From contig PLZG01000111.1 in the NCBI GenBank assembly GCA_003152075.1, positions 22,677 to 86,676 on the forward strand: a stretch of DNA of 64,000 nt, in the 5' to 3' direction. How positions within the stretch are numbered: the stretch's first letter is position 1; every line of letters begins with the position of its first letter. The notes beneath the pieces are model-generated. The model did no database searches, was not told the origin of the DNA, and worked only from the letters and a program-made list of their open reading frames with translations. This stretch comes from a candidate division FCPU426 bacterium (GTDB taxonomy: Bacteria > Oederibacteriota > Muellerivitia > Muellerivitales > Muellerivitaceae). A program made the position numbers and the translations under genes. Below are positions 37,101 to 45,949 of this stretch, in pieces.

Positions 37101-37973
37101 TGCCCCGACCAATTGGCGATGGACTGCAACAGCAACCTTTATATTTCCGATTATTGCAGTCGAAAAATAACCAAAATTGACTCCGTAGGAATCATCACCA
37201 CCGTGGCGGGGACGGGAGCCGCCGGTTATATGGGCGACGGCGGTCCCGCCACCTCCGCCACTTTCGGCGAAATCCGGGGGGTGGCGGTGGACCAGGCGGG
37301 GAACCTTTATGTCTCGGATGTCACCTATAACGTCGTGAGAAAAATCACCTCTTGCGTCGCTGAGGGTCCTTGCCCCCTGTGCGCCATTACCCCGGTCTGT
37401 CCCCTTATCATTCCCACCGCCACCCCGACTCCAACCATGACCCCAAGCTCAACCCCAACAGCCTCCCCTACCAATACCCCGACTTCCACGGTCACTGAAA
37501 CCCCGACACCACCCAATCCCCCACCTACAGCCACTTCGACCCAACCCGTGGATGTTCCCATCCCAACGGTGACCGAAACTTTCACCCCCACTAACTCGTG
37601 CACCTCCACGCCAACTTCCACGCCTACCCTGAGCCCCACCATGACTCCCAGTTCCACCGCCTCCAACACGGGGACCCCGACCTATACCCTAACTCCCACC
37701 TGCGTGATTAATATTTGGCCCAACCCTTACCGGCCTAGCAAAGCGATAAATGGGACGCTCAAGATCAGCTGTCTCCCTCTGAACGCGAAGGTTTCCATTT
37801 ATACCTTGTCGGGGGAATGGGTGAATAGCGTCTCGGAAGCGGGGGGGATGGCCAGTTGGAACGGCCAGAATAGCCGGCTCGTTAGCGTGTCCTCGGGCAT
37901 TTACTACTACGTTGTCCTTACTGTGGACGGCCAAATATTGGAGAAAGGGAAATTCCTTATTGTGGATAATTAA
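34191..37973 (+). CDS. Secreted mosaic protein: metzincin (reprolysin/M12B-like) protease, Ig-like domain, concanavalin/LamG-like domain, PT linker, NHL-repeat beta-propeller, PT linker, CTD
   Basis: [11 protein letters not shown] zinc motif. Repeats ITTxAGxGxxGxxGDGGPAxxA...GNLYxxD (NHL-type). C-terminus [26 protein letters not shown]. Confidence 0.85.
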   Translation: MDSIFKRYLAISLLTTFSVFFPAQAFALSNPLIEESPRPANATSMPSVKRDRFVKIHEEQFESLHPRNFKPGVRPSLRVNLFDDADYNLIATHSAIRNGGRIVVTGHLEGVPGSLAVLSHSTGVVTGILFIPGKGTFKILPSSNGLHRVLEMDEENGFSCAMDSKLPSTSDPQVQASLPQEGMPYLIPPNYPGGCNYAQNPTVVDLMVVYTPSALAFIGSTQAMESLIDTVVFYNNMVYFNSGVNVQLRLVYSGQIGYAESGSFYTDLTRMGNGSIPAIQTLRNTYGADLAAMWVANPDPVMGLANMPGNYSCEHISFAESMIHEIGHNFGCGHDFANGGPGLYSYSAGNRYTVNGVQYRTIMAYAPGVYTPYFSSPLVTYLGSPTGVANLTDNVRTINQTASIIASSEPTLATLPTISVTGPTDGSVFTGPLNLNLTVNASSGGSIVQVDFYVDSQYLGSTTTSPYSLNWPLVPSGSHFITAHAVDNQGAMQFSCPVSIYVNPTLPNPWIEQDIGWLMQTTVTFQELKYMGLLGSGSYSGGVFTVNGAGSGLSLNLAGKEEDSFQFVNQPFCNVSTLTARLASLTGGGAKNEAGLMIRDNSTPLSPYAFVGVAKNGTAVFFGWRSTEGGNTLVTLGTPLAMPVWFQLQRNGTTFTGYESTDGVSWTKVGSATISMGANAAGGFAVSSANDVSLATAVFDNVTVTLPCVPPTNTFTPAPTFTPTPTPTPSPTPSPTPTNTPSCVGIITTYAGTGVAGFAGDGGPATSAELDQNEGIAVDAAGNLYIADSQGVRIRKVSSSGIITTYAGNGSCCYSGDGGPANAASIGVIAPSTDCAGNLYLDNAYYNTGTGTNYAYVRKINTCGTISTIAGTGLSGYSGDGGPATLAAVNFPYQTAVDSLGNIYFADSTSAVVRKINPAGTISTVLTPPLSNPGGVVLDGLGNLYVSDAGTGNVLKITPSGSAVTLANLPCPDQLAMDCNSNLYISDYCSRKITKIDSVGIITTVAGTGAAGYMGDGGPATSATFGEIRGVAVDQAGNLYVSDVTYNVVRKITSCVAEGPCPLCAITPVCPLIIPTATPTPTMTPSSTPTASPTNTPTSTVTETPTPPNPPPTATSTQPVDVPIPTVTETFTPTNSCTSTPTSTPTLSPTMTPSSTASNTGTPTYTLTPTCVINIWPNPYRPSKAINGTLKISCLPLNAKVSIYTLSGEWVNSVSEAGGMASWNGQNSRLVSVSSGIYYYVVLTVDGQILEKGKFLIVDN

Positions 37974-38086
37974 CCCTGCCTTTTTCGGAAAGCGGTTTTT
38001 TTCGAGTTTCCCTGAAACGTTAAAGCCTCGCAATGTAGTCGGTTTCCAAAAATAAGACCTCGGGATGCCCCAAAAACCAGGGAACA

Positions 38087-41000
38087 ATGATATTTTTATC
38101 GATACTTACAGACCGAAACCGCGTTGACGCGCGGGATTCCCACGAGGGTGTTTTGAAACGATTTTTACCTATTCAATCCAAAATTTTCAAAAACCTCTTA
38201 GCCTTCTCCTGGTTAATCCTGGGGCTCCTATTCTTTTCAGGTTCCACCCTTTGGGCCCAGACTTCCCTGACCACTTACCACAACAACCAAGCCCGTGACG
38301 GGTGGAACCAAAACGAGACCACCCTCACCACCGCCAACGTTAATCAAGCAAATTTCGGAAAGCTCTTCTCCAACGCGGTTGATGGCCAGGTTTACGCTCA
38401 GCCCCTTTACATGCCCAATATCAGTATCGGCGGCGGCACGCATAACGTGGTTTATGTCGTCACCGAGCACGACAGCGCCTATGCCTTCGATGCCGACAAC
38501 GCCGGGGTGACCTATTGGCACGACACCTTCATCGGGGGCGTCACGATGGTCATATCAACGGCGGCTGACGCCGGCGGTTGCCCTCAGGTTACCCCCGAGA
38601 TCGGAATCACCGACACCCCGGTCATCGACCCCGCCACCGGCACCATGTATTTCGTTGCCATGACCAAAATCGTTTCGGGTGGCGTCACCACCTACCTCCA
38701 ACAGCTCCATGCGGTAGACATCAGCACCGGCAACGAGAAGTTCAACGGCCCCACCACCATTCAGGCCGTCGACCCCAAAAACGCGGCAGTCACTTTTATC
38801 GCCCGCGCCCACAAGGAACGCTGTGCCCTGACCCTTTCGAACGGGGTAGTCTATACCGCCTTCACTTCCCACTGCGACTTCAATACCTGGGGCGCTTACC
38901 ACGGATGGGTCATCGGCTACAACGCTTCTAACATTTCCCAACAAATGAGCGTGTACAACACCACGCCCACCGGGACTAACCCGGAGGGTTCGCTTTGGGA
39001 ATCGGGTGATGGGCCATCGGTGGATGCGGCAGGCAACCTCTATTTCCTGACTTCGAATGGGAACTTTGACCAAACCGCCCCCGTTACGGATTATGGCCAG
39101 TGCTTCCTCAAGCTGAACACTACCGGAAACGCCGTAACGGCGTTGGATTATTTTTCACCCATGAACGAAGCCACCATGAGTGCCGCGGACGATGACGTGG
39201 GTTCGGCCGGGCAATGCCTCTTGCCTGCCTCCTGGGGTTCGGCGGCCCATCCTAATTTGATCCTCGGGGCGGACAAACCCGGGGACCTTTACGTAGTGGA
39301 CACGGCAAACATGGGTCATTTCAGCGCCACCGCCAACAACGTACCCCAAACCGTGGCGGCTATCGGCGGTCGGGGCTACACCACTCCCGCCATCTATAGC
39401 AACGGCGTGACGAAATACGTCTATTGGGGAATGACCGCCTCGCCTTTGAAAGCCTTTACCTTCGCGAACGGCCTCTATGTCACGCCCTTTTCCTCCCAGT
39501 CCACCGCAACTTTCGGAGGGCAAGGTTGCGTGCCGAGTGTTTCTTCCAACGGAAATTCAAATGGTATCGTTTGGGGTCTCGCGAACGGGACACCCGTCAT
39601 CCTTCACGCCTATGACGCCACCAATTTGGGCACCGAGCTTTACAACAGCGGCCAAAACTCCGCGCGGGATTCGGCCGTGGGCGCCGTCGTCAAGTTCGCG
39701 CCACCGAGCATCATCAACGGCAAGGTTTACGTGCCTACCGCCAACAGCCTTGTCGTTTATGGGCTTCTTGTGACGGCAACTTCCACACCGACTGGTTCCT
39801 TCACCGCCACCCCGACGGTGACACCCACCCGGACGAACACGGCCACCAGCACACCCAGCAGAACCGCTACCAACACACCAACACTTACAAGAACCAATAG
39901 TCCCACGAATAGCCCGACGGCGACAGCGTCCCGGACTCCAACAGCCTCTCCTACACAAACTGGGACATCCACCCCCCCCAATAGCCCAACCCGGACGCCC
40001 ACGAACAGCCCCACCAACACGATGGCCAATACCGCAACAAATACCCCCTTGAACACCGCCACCCGGACCCCAACCCCAACAGCCACAAACTCCCCCAGCA
40101 ACAGCGCCACGGCCACACCCACCATCACTCCGTCGAATACGGCTACCCGAACGGCCACCAATAGCTCAACCCCTTCTCCGTCTAATAGCCCAACCCTTAC
40201 TCCTACATCCACCATTTCAAATACCGCAACCAATACACCCCTGATCACCAACACCGCCACCAATACACCAACTGTTTCCCCAACCTCAACGCCCACCAAC
40301 AGCCCCACCCGTACGGCAACTACCACACCCACCAATAGCTTTACTCTTACCTGGACGAATACGCTTACACTGACCGCGACCAAAACGGCTACCCAAACCC
40401 CAACCGTAACCGCAACGAATAGTCCCTCAAATACAACCGTGATAACCAATACCGCTTCAAATACCCCGACCAACACCCCGACATTAACTCCGACCGGGAC
40501 AGCCACCCTATCCCTAACGAATACATTTACCAGGACCGCGACCAACTCTCCCACTCACACCCTGACCAATACGGCCACCAATAGCCCGGTTAATACCGCG
40601 ACCTTCACGCCCACCTCGGTGACGGTGTCGGTGGTTTCCGGACCCGGCGTGCCCTCCAACGGCACAAAGCTTCCCGGAGCCTCAAACGTGCTGGTGGATC
40701 AAGTGGTCTTGAGCAACCCCAGCAGCTCCACGGTAACCTTGACCAACCTGACCATCACCAATACCGGAACAGGGACCGGCTCCACGGGCATTACGAACAT
40801 CACGCTCTCAAACAACGGGACATCCCTTGGAACAATCCCCTTCGCCACCAATACAGCGGCTTTTACCGGGCTTAACCTGGTGATCGGGGCAGGGGCAAGC
40901 GTGACCTTGCAAGCCAATAGCAATTTCTCGGTTGGGGCTCCAAGCGGAACGACTTACACTTTCCAAATCTCCGGAATGGCGGGGACAAACGGCCAAACGG

Positions 41001-41482
41001 TTAATTTCAGCGGATTGCCCTACTCGGGAGCCACGGTGACCATCATGACCGCGACATCAACACCCACCTCCACCCCAACCCCTTCGCCAACCTTCACCAT
41101 CACCCCGACCAGTACCTTTACGGTAACATTCACACCTTCAAATACGTCAACGGCTACGCCGTCGAGTACTCCTTCGGGCATTCCCACTTTCACACAAACT
41201 CCTTCTTCCGCCCCCGTTCTTTATCCCAACCCAGCTCCAGGTGGCAGTTCCACCAACCTGCAATTAACCCTGGGCGCTTCCTCCGACGTCCACTACCGGA
41301 TATTCACCCTTTCCTTCCGGAAGGTTCAGGATCAAACCATTCCCAATGTTCCGGCAGGACTGAACAATTTGAAGATTCCCCTAGTGGATAAGAACGGGGT
41401 GGCCTTGGCCAATGGGCTTTATTACCTGGTTATTAACTACGATGGGAAACGAGTGGTTTTGAAGCTTCTGGTGATTGGATAA
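38087..41482 (+). CDS. Secreted protein: PQQ-like/BamB-like beta-propeller, ~280-aa T/P/N/S linker, Ig-like module, PT linker, CTD
   Basis: LTTYHNNQARDGWNQNETTLT..VDGQVYAQPLY..HNVVYVVTEHDSAYAFDA. C-terminus LYPNPAPGG...NGLYYLVINYDGKRVVLKLLVIG. Confidence 0.8.
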   Translation: MIFLSILTDRNRVDARDSHEGVLKRFLPIQSKIFKNLLAFSWLILGLLFFSGSTLWAQTSLTTYHNNQARDGWNQNETTLTTANVNQANFGKLFSNAVDGQVYAQPLYMPNISIGGGTHNVVYVVTEHDSAYAFDADNAGVTYWHDTFIGGVTMVISTAADAGGCPQVTPEIGITDTPVIDPATGTMYFVAMTKIVSGGVTTYLQQLHAVDISTGNEKFNGPTTIQAVDPKNAAVTFIARAHKERCALTLSNGVVYTAFTSHCDFNTWGAYHGWVIGYNASNISQQMSVYNTTPTGTNPEGSLWESGDGPSVDAAGNLYFLTSNGNFDQTAPVTDYGQCFLKLNTTGNAVTALDYFSPMNEATMSAADDDVGSAGQCLLPASWGSAAHPNLILGADKPGDLYVVDTANMGHFSATANNVPQTVAAIGGRGYTTPAIYSNGVTKYVYWGMTASPLKAFTFANGLYVTPFSSQSTATFGGQGCVPSVSSNGNSNGIVWGLANGTPVILHAYDATNLGTELYNSGQNSARDSAVGAVVKFAPPSIINGKVYVPTANSLVVYGLLVTATSTPTGSFTATPTVTPTRTNTATSTPSRTATNTPTLTRTNSPTNSPTATASRTPTASPTQTGTSTPPNSPTRTPTNSPTNTMANTATNTPLNTATRTPTPTATNSPSNSATATPTITPSNTATRTATNSSTPSPSNSPTLTPTSTISNTATNTPLITNTATNTPTVSPTSTPTNSPTRTATTTPTNSFTLTWTNTLTLTATKTATQTPTVTATNSPSNTTVITNTASNTPTNTPTLTPTGTATLSLTNTFTRTATNSPTHTLTNTATNSPVNTATFTPTSVTVSVVSGPGVPSNGTKLPGASNVLVDQVVLSNPSSSTVTLTNLTITNTGTGTGSTGITNITLSNNGTSLGTIPFATNTAAFTGLNLVIGAGASVTLQANSNFSVGAPSGTTYTFQISGMAGTNGQTVNFSGLPYSGATVTIMTATSTPTSTPTPSPTFTITPTSTFTVTFTPSNTSTATPSSTPSGIPTFTQTPSSAPVLYPNPAPGGSSTNLQLTLGASSDVHYRIFTLSFRKVQDQTIPNVPAGLNNLKIPLVDKNGVALANGLYYLVINYDGKRVVLKLLVIG

Positions 41483-41494
41483 GGAAAAGGCATT

Positions 41495-41589
41495 TACCAC
41501 GAAGTTCACGAAGGACACAAAGCAAGGCTAGAATTCTTTGTGAAAAGCCTAAGGATTTTACTTCGTGATCTTCGTGTACTTCGTGGTGA
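41495..41589. repeat. Long imperfect hairpin with arms built of three tandem 9-mers (nnCACGAAG). Probable terminator or insulator before pqqA.
   Basis: Left arm TACCACGAAGTTCACGAAGGACACAAAG. Right arm CTTCGTGATCTTCGTGTACTTCGTGGTGA. Confidence 0.6.
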
Positions 41590-41631
41590 GAGATTTTGTT
41601 ATAATTTTTTTGTTAAATTAGGGAGGAAGAG

Positions 41632-41730
41632 ATGGAAAATTTATGGATGAAGCCGCAAATCGAGATGGTCAGTGTCTGTTCTGAATGCACCGCCTATTCC
41701 GGCATTGACGAAGGGAACGTTTTGATTTGA
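41632..41730 (+). CDS. pqqA: PQQ precursor peptide PqqA (32 aa)
   Basis: MENLWMKPQIEMVSVCSECTAYSGIDEGNVLI. W-x-K-P N-terminus and the E-x3-Y cross-link motif (ECTAY). GGGAGG upstream. Lies directly upstream of pqqB. Confidence 0.85.
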   Translation: MENLWMKPQIEMVSVCSECTAYSGIDEGNVLI

Positions 41731-41752
41731 GGTTCCCGCTCTAGGTTTTCCC

Positions 41753-42667
41753 TTGTTCGTTCGTTTGCTGGGCACCGCCGCGGGCGGCGGTTTTCCCCAG
41801 TGGAACTGTAACTGCGCCCTCTGCCGGGAAGTCCGTTCGGGGCGTTCCGGAACGTCCCCCCGCTCCCAATCCTCCGCCACGGTCAGCGCCGATGGCAAAT
41901 CCTGGTTCCTCTTAAACGCCTCTCCCGATATCCGCCACCAGATCGAGGCCTTTCCCAAGCTTTTGTCCCCACGCGATCATGTCCGAGGCACCTCCATTGA
42001 GGCCGTTCTCCTTACCAATGCCGACCTGGACCATGTGTTGGGAATTTTCATCCTCCGCGAAGGCGGGGTTCTTCCCCTGCACGCTCCCCCCGGAGTACGA
42101 AAAGCCCTAGACGAAGGCTTAAGAATCTCCGAAGTTTTGAAAGCCTATGGCGGGGTCTCTTGGACAGAACCGCCTTCCACCCTGAAAGCCCTTTTGAAAA
42201 GCAACGGTTCCGAAAGCGGGCTGCTTTATGAAGCCTTCGAAGTTCCGGGCAAACTTCCCCGCTATGCTGGCTCCAAATTCGAGAAAGGAAGCGCTGTGGG
42301 CTATCGCTTGGTGGACCCCCGCACCAAGGGCCGCCTGGTTTTCCTACCGGACACAGCAGGCCTCATTGGCCCGGTTTCGGAAAAGCTCAAGGATTGCGAT
42401 GCCCTCCTATTAGACGGCACCTTTTGGGATGAGGATGAAATGAAAAAGACCGGCACCGGAACCCTCACCGCTTCCCAGATGGCCCATATGCCCTTGGGCG
42501 GGCCCCAAGGCAGCCTCGAAATTCTCCGTAACCTTCCCATCAAGCGTAAAATCTACTTGCATATCAACAACACCAACCCGATCTTGAACGAATCTTCCCC
42601 CCAGCACCGTCAAGTCAAAGAAGCCGGGGTGGAAGTGGGAACAGATGGGATGGAGTTTGAAATTTAG
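41753..42667 (+). CDS. pqqB: PqqB (metallo-beta-lactamase fold)
   Basis: LLGTAAGGGFPQWNCNCALC N-terminus, typical of PqqB. TTG start. Confidence 0.9.
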   Translation: MFVRLLGTAAGGGFPQWNCNCALCREVRSGRSGTSPRSQSSATVSADGKSWFLLNASPDIRHQIEAFPKLLSPRDHVRGTSIEAVLLTNADLDHVLGIFILREGGVLPLHAPPGVRKALDEGLRISEVLKAYGGVSWTEPPSTLKALLKSNGSESGLLYEAFEVPGKLPRYAGSKFEKGSAVGYRLVDPRTKGRLVFLPDTAGLIGPVSEKLKDCDALLLDGTFWDEDEMKKTGTGTLTASQMAHMPLGGPQGSLEILRNLPIKRKIYLHINNTNPILNESSPQHRQVKEAGVEVGTDGMEFEI

Positions 42668-42720
42668 ACTCATGGATATATGGATATATTGAACAAATCA
42701 TTTTTAAAAAGGTTTCGCAA

Positions 42721-43530
42721 ATGAAAATCAAATATCTATTTGCTCTAATCTTAACATTACACTCTCTTCTGGCAATGGCGGCTCCTGAACCAACTCCAAC
42801 TCGTGAGATTTATTCGACACAAAAACCGAGCAGAACAACAACAAAGAGAGCCGTACCTATACTTGCGGTCAAATCGAATCAAAGACCTCATGTATTTCAC
42901 GCCGACAAGGGAGTTAGGGAAATACCTATCGATGAATTAGATAGTTATCAAAAGGAGTCCGTTGAGAAAGCTAAAAAGATTCTGCCGCCCGATGAGACAA
43001 CTATAACTAACACCCGGGTTTACCAAACTCCTTTGGGTTTGTGGATAACAATTGTGGCGCCTGAGAAATCCGGGGCATATTTTGAGTCGTATGAACTGTT
43101 ACGCAAAAAGGATGCTGAACCCATATTATTTTACAAACACGAACGCGCCATCGACATTTTAACCAGCCATCACGGGAGATTGATAGTGGTCAACGACTCC
43201 CCTGCCTCCAAATCTTCCGAGATTCTCGTCGTGGATCTAAAAATAAAAAACAATTGGCAAATCGACCATCAGTTAATAGCCCGGTATCACAAAGAAGTTG
43301 ATGCCGAAGGATATCTTGTCCTTCCTGTTCCAGTTGAATTTTCACCCGATGATCAAAAAGTGTTAATTCGAATGCGGCTTGGATACAACTTTAGTCATCG
43401 GCCAGAGGAAACGGAACTTTTTCAAAAAAAATATGACAACTGGTCCTATGTCGTTGACTCGAAATCAGGAAAAATTCTGAACGAATACAAAGCAAGTTCT
43501 GTCCCTGAAAAATGGTGGTTAAATAATTGA
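42721..43530 (+). CDS. AT-rich orphan secreted protein inserted between pqqB and pqqC
   Basis: 269 aa. Signal peptide MKIKYLFALILTLHSLLAMA. The first 60 nt are about 33% GC by count. No family recognised. Confidence 0.6.
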   Translation: MKIKYLFALILTLHSLLAMAAPEPTPTREIYSTQKPSRTTTKRAVPILAVKSNQRPHVFHADKGVREIPIDELDSYQKESVEKAKKILPPDETTITNTRVYQTPLGLWITIVAPEKSGAYFESYELLRKKDAEPILFYKHERAIDILTSHHGRLIVVNDSPASKSSEILVVDLKIKNNWQIDHQLIARYHKEVDAEGYLVLPVPVEFSPDDQKVLIRMRLGYNFSHRPEETELFQKKYDNWSYVVDSKSGKILNEYKASSVPEKWWLNN

Positions 43531-43555
43531 CGATTTCGTCTTCTGTGGAGAATTA

Positions 43556-44260
43556 ATGGAACAACCCCTGGACCGGGCGGCGCTCGTGGAGCGTCTGCGC
43601 GCCGTCGGCATGACCCACTACCACGATAAGCATCCCTTCCACCGCAACATGAACGAGGGAAAGCTCACCCCCGACCAGGTTCGGGGTTGGGTTATAAACC
43701 GCTTTTATTACCAACGCAATATTCCTATTAAGGACGCGGCACTCATTTCCAACTGCCCCATCCGGGAAGTCCGCCGCGTCTGGTTGCACCGCATCAGCGA
43801 CCACGATGGCCTGAAGGAAGGCGAAGGCGGAATCGAGGCCTGGCTCAAGCTGGGCGAGGCCTCCGGCATTAGCCGGGAGGACCTGCTTTCGGGCAAGGGG
43901 CTCCTGCCCAAGGCCAAGGCCGCGGTTGATTCCTACGTGAATTTTGTCCGTACCAAATCCTGGCCCGTGGGCATCGCTTCCTCCCTCACCGAGCTCTTCG
44001 CACCCGACCTGATGAAGGAAAGAATCTTGGCGTTTGAGAAGTACTACACTTGGGTGAAACCCTGGGGTTTGGAATATTTCCGTTCCCGTGTCAGTCAGGC
44101 CAAGACGGATTCTGACCAGGGCCTGGACCTAGTCTTCACCTATTGCAACACCCATGAACTGCAGGAAGAGGCCGTGAAGGCCCTGTCCTTCAAGTGTGGC
44201 CTGTTATGGGACCTGCTGGATGCCATGGCTGAGGCCTATGGCGGGGGGAAAGCTGAATAA
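43556..44260 (+). CDS. pqqC: PqqC (PQQ synthase)
   Basis: HYHDKHPFHRNMNEGKLTPDQVRGWVINRFYYQ is the classic PqqC N-terminus. Confidence 0.9.
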   Translation: MEQPLDRAALVERLRAVGMTHYHDKHPFHRNMNEGKLTPDQVRGWVINRFYYQRNIPIKDAALISNCPIREVRRVWLHRISDHDGLKEGEGGIEAWLKLGEASGISREDLLSGKGLLPKAKAAVDSYVNFVRTKSWPVGIASSLTELFAPDLMKERILAFEKYYTWVKPWGLEYFRSRVSQAKTDSDQGLDLVFTYCNTHELQEEAVKALSFKCGLLWDLLDAMAEAYGGGKAE

Positions 44261-44282
44261 TCAGTTCCTCTAAAATTGCGGA

Positions 44283-44380
44283 CTCCCTTCTCCCTTGAGG
44301 GGAGAAGGATAGGATGAGGGTGGTTTGAACAACTACAAGCACCCCTCACCCTACCCTCTCCCCCAAGGGGCGAGGGGAAA
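44283..44380. repeat. REP-like compound palindrome (two inverted G/C-rich units) between pqqC and pqqDE
   Basis: CCCTTCTCCCTTGAGGGGAGAAGGATAGGATGAGGGTGG and CACCCCTCACCCTACCCTCTCCCCCAAGGGGCGAGGGG are near reverse complements. Confidence 0.7.
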
Positions 44381-44402
44381 ATGATTTATTAAGGTGCCTT
44401 TC

Positions 44403-45827
44403 ATGAATGAACGTCTCGCTCCCAGGCTGGCGTCCCGGGCCAAACTTCGCAAGGACCCGGCCACCGGCGGATGGGTTCTCCTCTTCCCCGAAGGCCTGAT
44501 GAAGCTCAATGAAAGCGCGGCCGCTATCCTGCGGCTTTGTAACGGCCAAATTCCCCTGCCGTGGATTTTGGAAAAACTTTCCCAGAATTTCAAAACCCCC
44601 GTGGTCAATATAGAAAAAGATGTCCGGGAAGCCCTGGACCAGTTTCTTTCCAAGGGCTTGGTGGAGTGGGTCGAACCTTCACATGGTTCCCTGGATAACA
44701 ACTGGCCACAGGAAAGCGGGTCTCTCCCCTCCCCCTCTTCAAGCCCCCAAACTTACCGGCCCCTGGGACTTTTGGCGGAACTGACCTATCGCTGTCCCCT
44801 CCATTGCCCCTATTGCTCCAACCCCGTCTGGGAACAGGCCTCTCCCCAAGGCTCTGAGCTGACCACGGAAAAATGGAAAGAAGTCCTGAGCCAGGCCCGT
44901 GACCTGGGGGTACTACACGCGCTTTTTTCCGGCGGCGAGCCGCTCCAAAGGATGGACCTGGAAGAACTGGTAGCCCACGCCCATAAACTTGGCCTTTACA
45001 CTAACCTCATTACCAGCGGCCTGGGTCTTTCAGCCAAAAGGGCGGCTGCCCTGAAGGAAGCCGGCCTGGACAGCGTCCAGCTGAGTTTCCAGGCGGATGA
45101 GGAAAAGCTAGCCGATGAGATCGCCGGGACTAAAGCCCACGCGAAGAAGCTTGAGGTGGCCGGGATTATCCGGTCTCTGGAATTGCCGCTCACGGTGAAT
45201 ATCGTCTTGCACCGCTCCAACATCGACAGGCTGGAAACCCTTATCGCCCTGACAGAGGAATTGGGCGCCCACCGGCTGGAGCTGGCCAATACCCAATATT
45301 ACGGCTGGGCTTTCCGCAACCGCGCCAAGCTATTGCCCACCCGGGAACAGGTGATGGCCGCATCCAAAATCGCAGATAAAGCTAAGGCGCGCCTCAAGGG
45401 AAAAATGGAAATTCTTTATGTCATCCCTGATTATTTCTACGATAGGCCCAAACCCTGCATGAACGGTTGGGGACGGCGCTATATCACGGTGAACCCCTCC
45501 GGCCAGGTCCTGCCCTGCCCCACCGCCTACTCCATCAAGTCATTGAAGCTTGAGAACGTGAAAGACAAAGCCCTGGACTGGATTTGGAATGATTCGGATT
45601 CCTTCAACCGCTTCCGGGGTACCGAATGGATGCCCGAGCCCTGCGCCTCTTGTGATTTGAAGGAAGTGGACTTCGGGGGATGCCGTTGCCAGGCTGAACT
45701 GCTAGCCGGGGACCCGACAGTCACCGACCCCGCCTGCGGCTTGTCGCCCTTTAGATCCAAGCTGGAGGAAGCCCTTGCGGAAGTACTGGCTGTGCCGGGT
45801 ACCTGGGACTACCGCCAGAATCCTTAA
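44403..45827 (+). CDS. pqqE: PqqD-PqqE fusion (peptide chaperone plus radical-SAM/SPASM enzyme)
   Basis: N-terminus ..VLLFPEGLMKLNESAAAILRLCNG..DVREALDQFL (PqqD), then a ~30-aa S/P linker, then TYRCPLHCPYCSNP (CxxxCxxC) and a C-terminal SPASM Cys cluster. The ATG at 44403 has AAGGTG upstream; an alternative GTG lies at 44394. Confidence 0.85.
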   Translation: MNERLAPRLASRAKLRKDPATGGWVLLFPEGLMKLNESAAAILRLCNGQIPLPWILEKLSQNFKTPVVNIEKDVREALDQFLSKGLVEWVEPSHGSLDNNWPQESGSLPSPSSSPQTYRPLGLLAELTYRCPLHCPYCSNPVWEQASPQGSELTTEKWKEVLSQARDLGVLHALFSGGEPLQRMDLEELVAHAHKLGLYTNLITSGLGLSAKRAAALKEAGLDSVQLSFQADEEKLADEIAGTKAHAKKLEVAGIIRSLELPLTVNIVLHRSNIDRLETLIALTEELGAHRLELANTQYYGWAFRNRAKLLPTREQVMAASKIADKAKARLKGKMEILYVIPDYFYDRPKPCMNGWGRRYITVNPSGQVLPCPTAYSIKSLKLENVKDKALDWIWNDSDSFNRFRGTEWMPEPCASCDLKEVDFGGCRCQAELLAGDPTVTDPACGLSPFRSKLEEALAEVLAVPGTWDYRQNP

Positions 45828-45830
45828 AAC

Positions 45831-45949
45831 ATTTCACCGCCAAGCTCGCCAAGTAAAAAAAAACAGAACCAAAAAATGTTCTTTTAGTTTCCTTGTTCTT
45901 TCGTTGTTCTTGGCGAACTTGGCTTCTTGGCGGTGAAATAGGTTTTTTT
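45831..45949. terminator. Bidirectional terminator hairpin between convergent pqqDE and the MFS gene
   Basis: 14-bp perfect arms ATTTCACCGCCAAG / CTTGGCGGTGAAAT plus CCAAG-unit extensions, followed by T7. Confidence 0.65.

Noticed and set aside
39757-40554. Long G/V- or V/E-rich ORFs on the strand opposite the linkers. Examples are 39757..40554, 48153..49457, 51075..52295, 55319..55945, 10856..11350, 12358..12588, 36161..36433 and 37325..37669.
   Set aside because: They are mirror images of Pro/Thr/Ser-coding low-complexity DNA inside well-supported genes. They have no start context and no independent domain signal.
41641-41958. A 105-aa minus-strand ORF over pqqA and the pqqB start.
   Set aside because: The plus strand encodes recognisable PqqA and the PqqB N-terminus at the same place.
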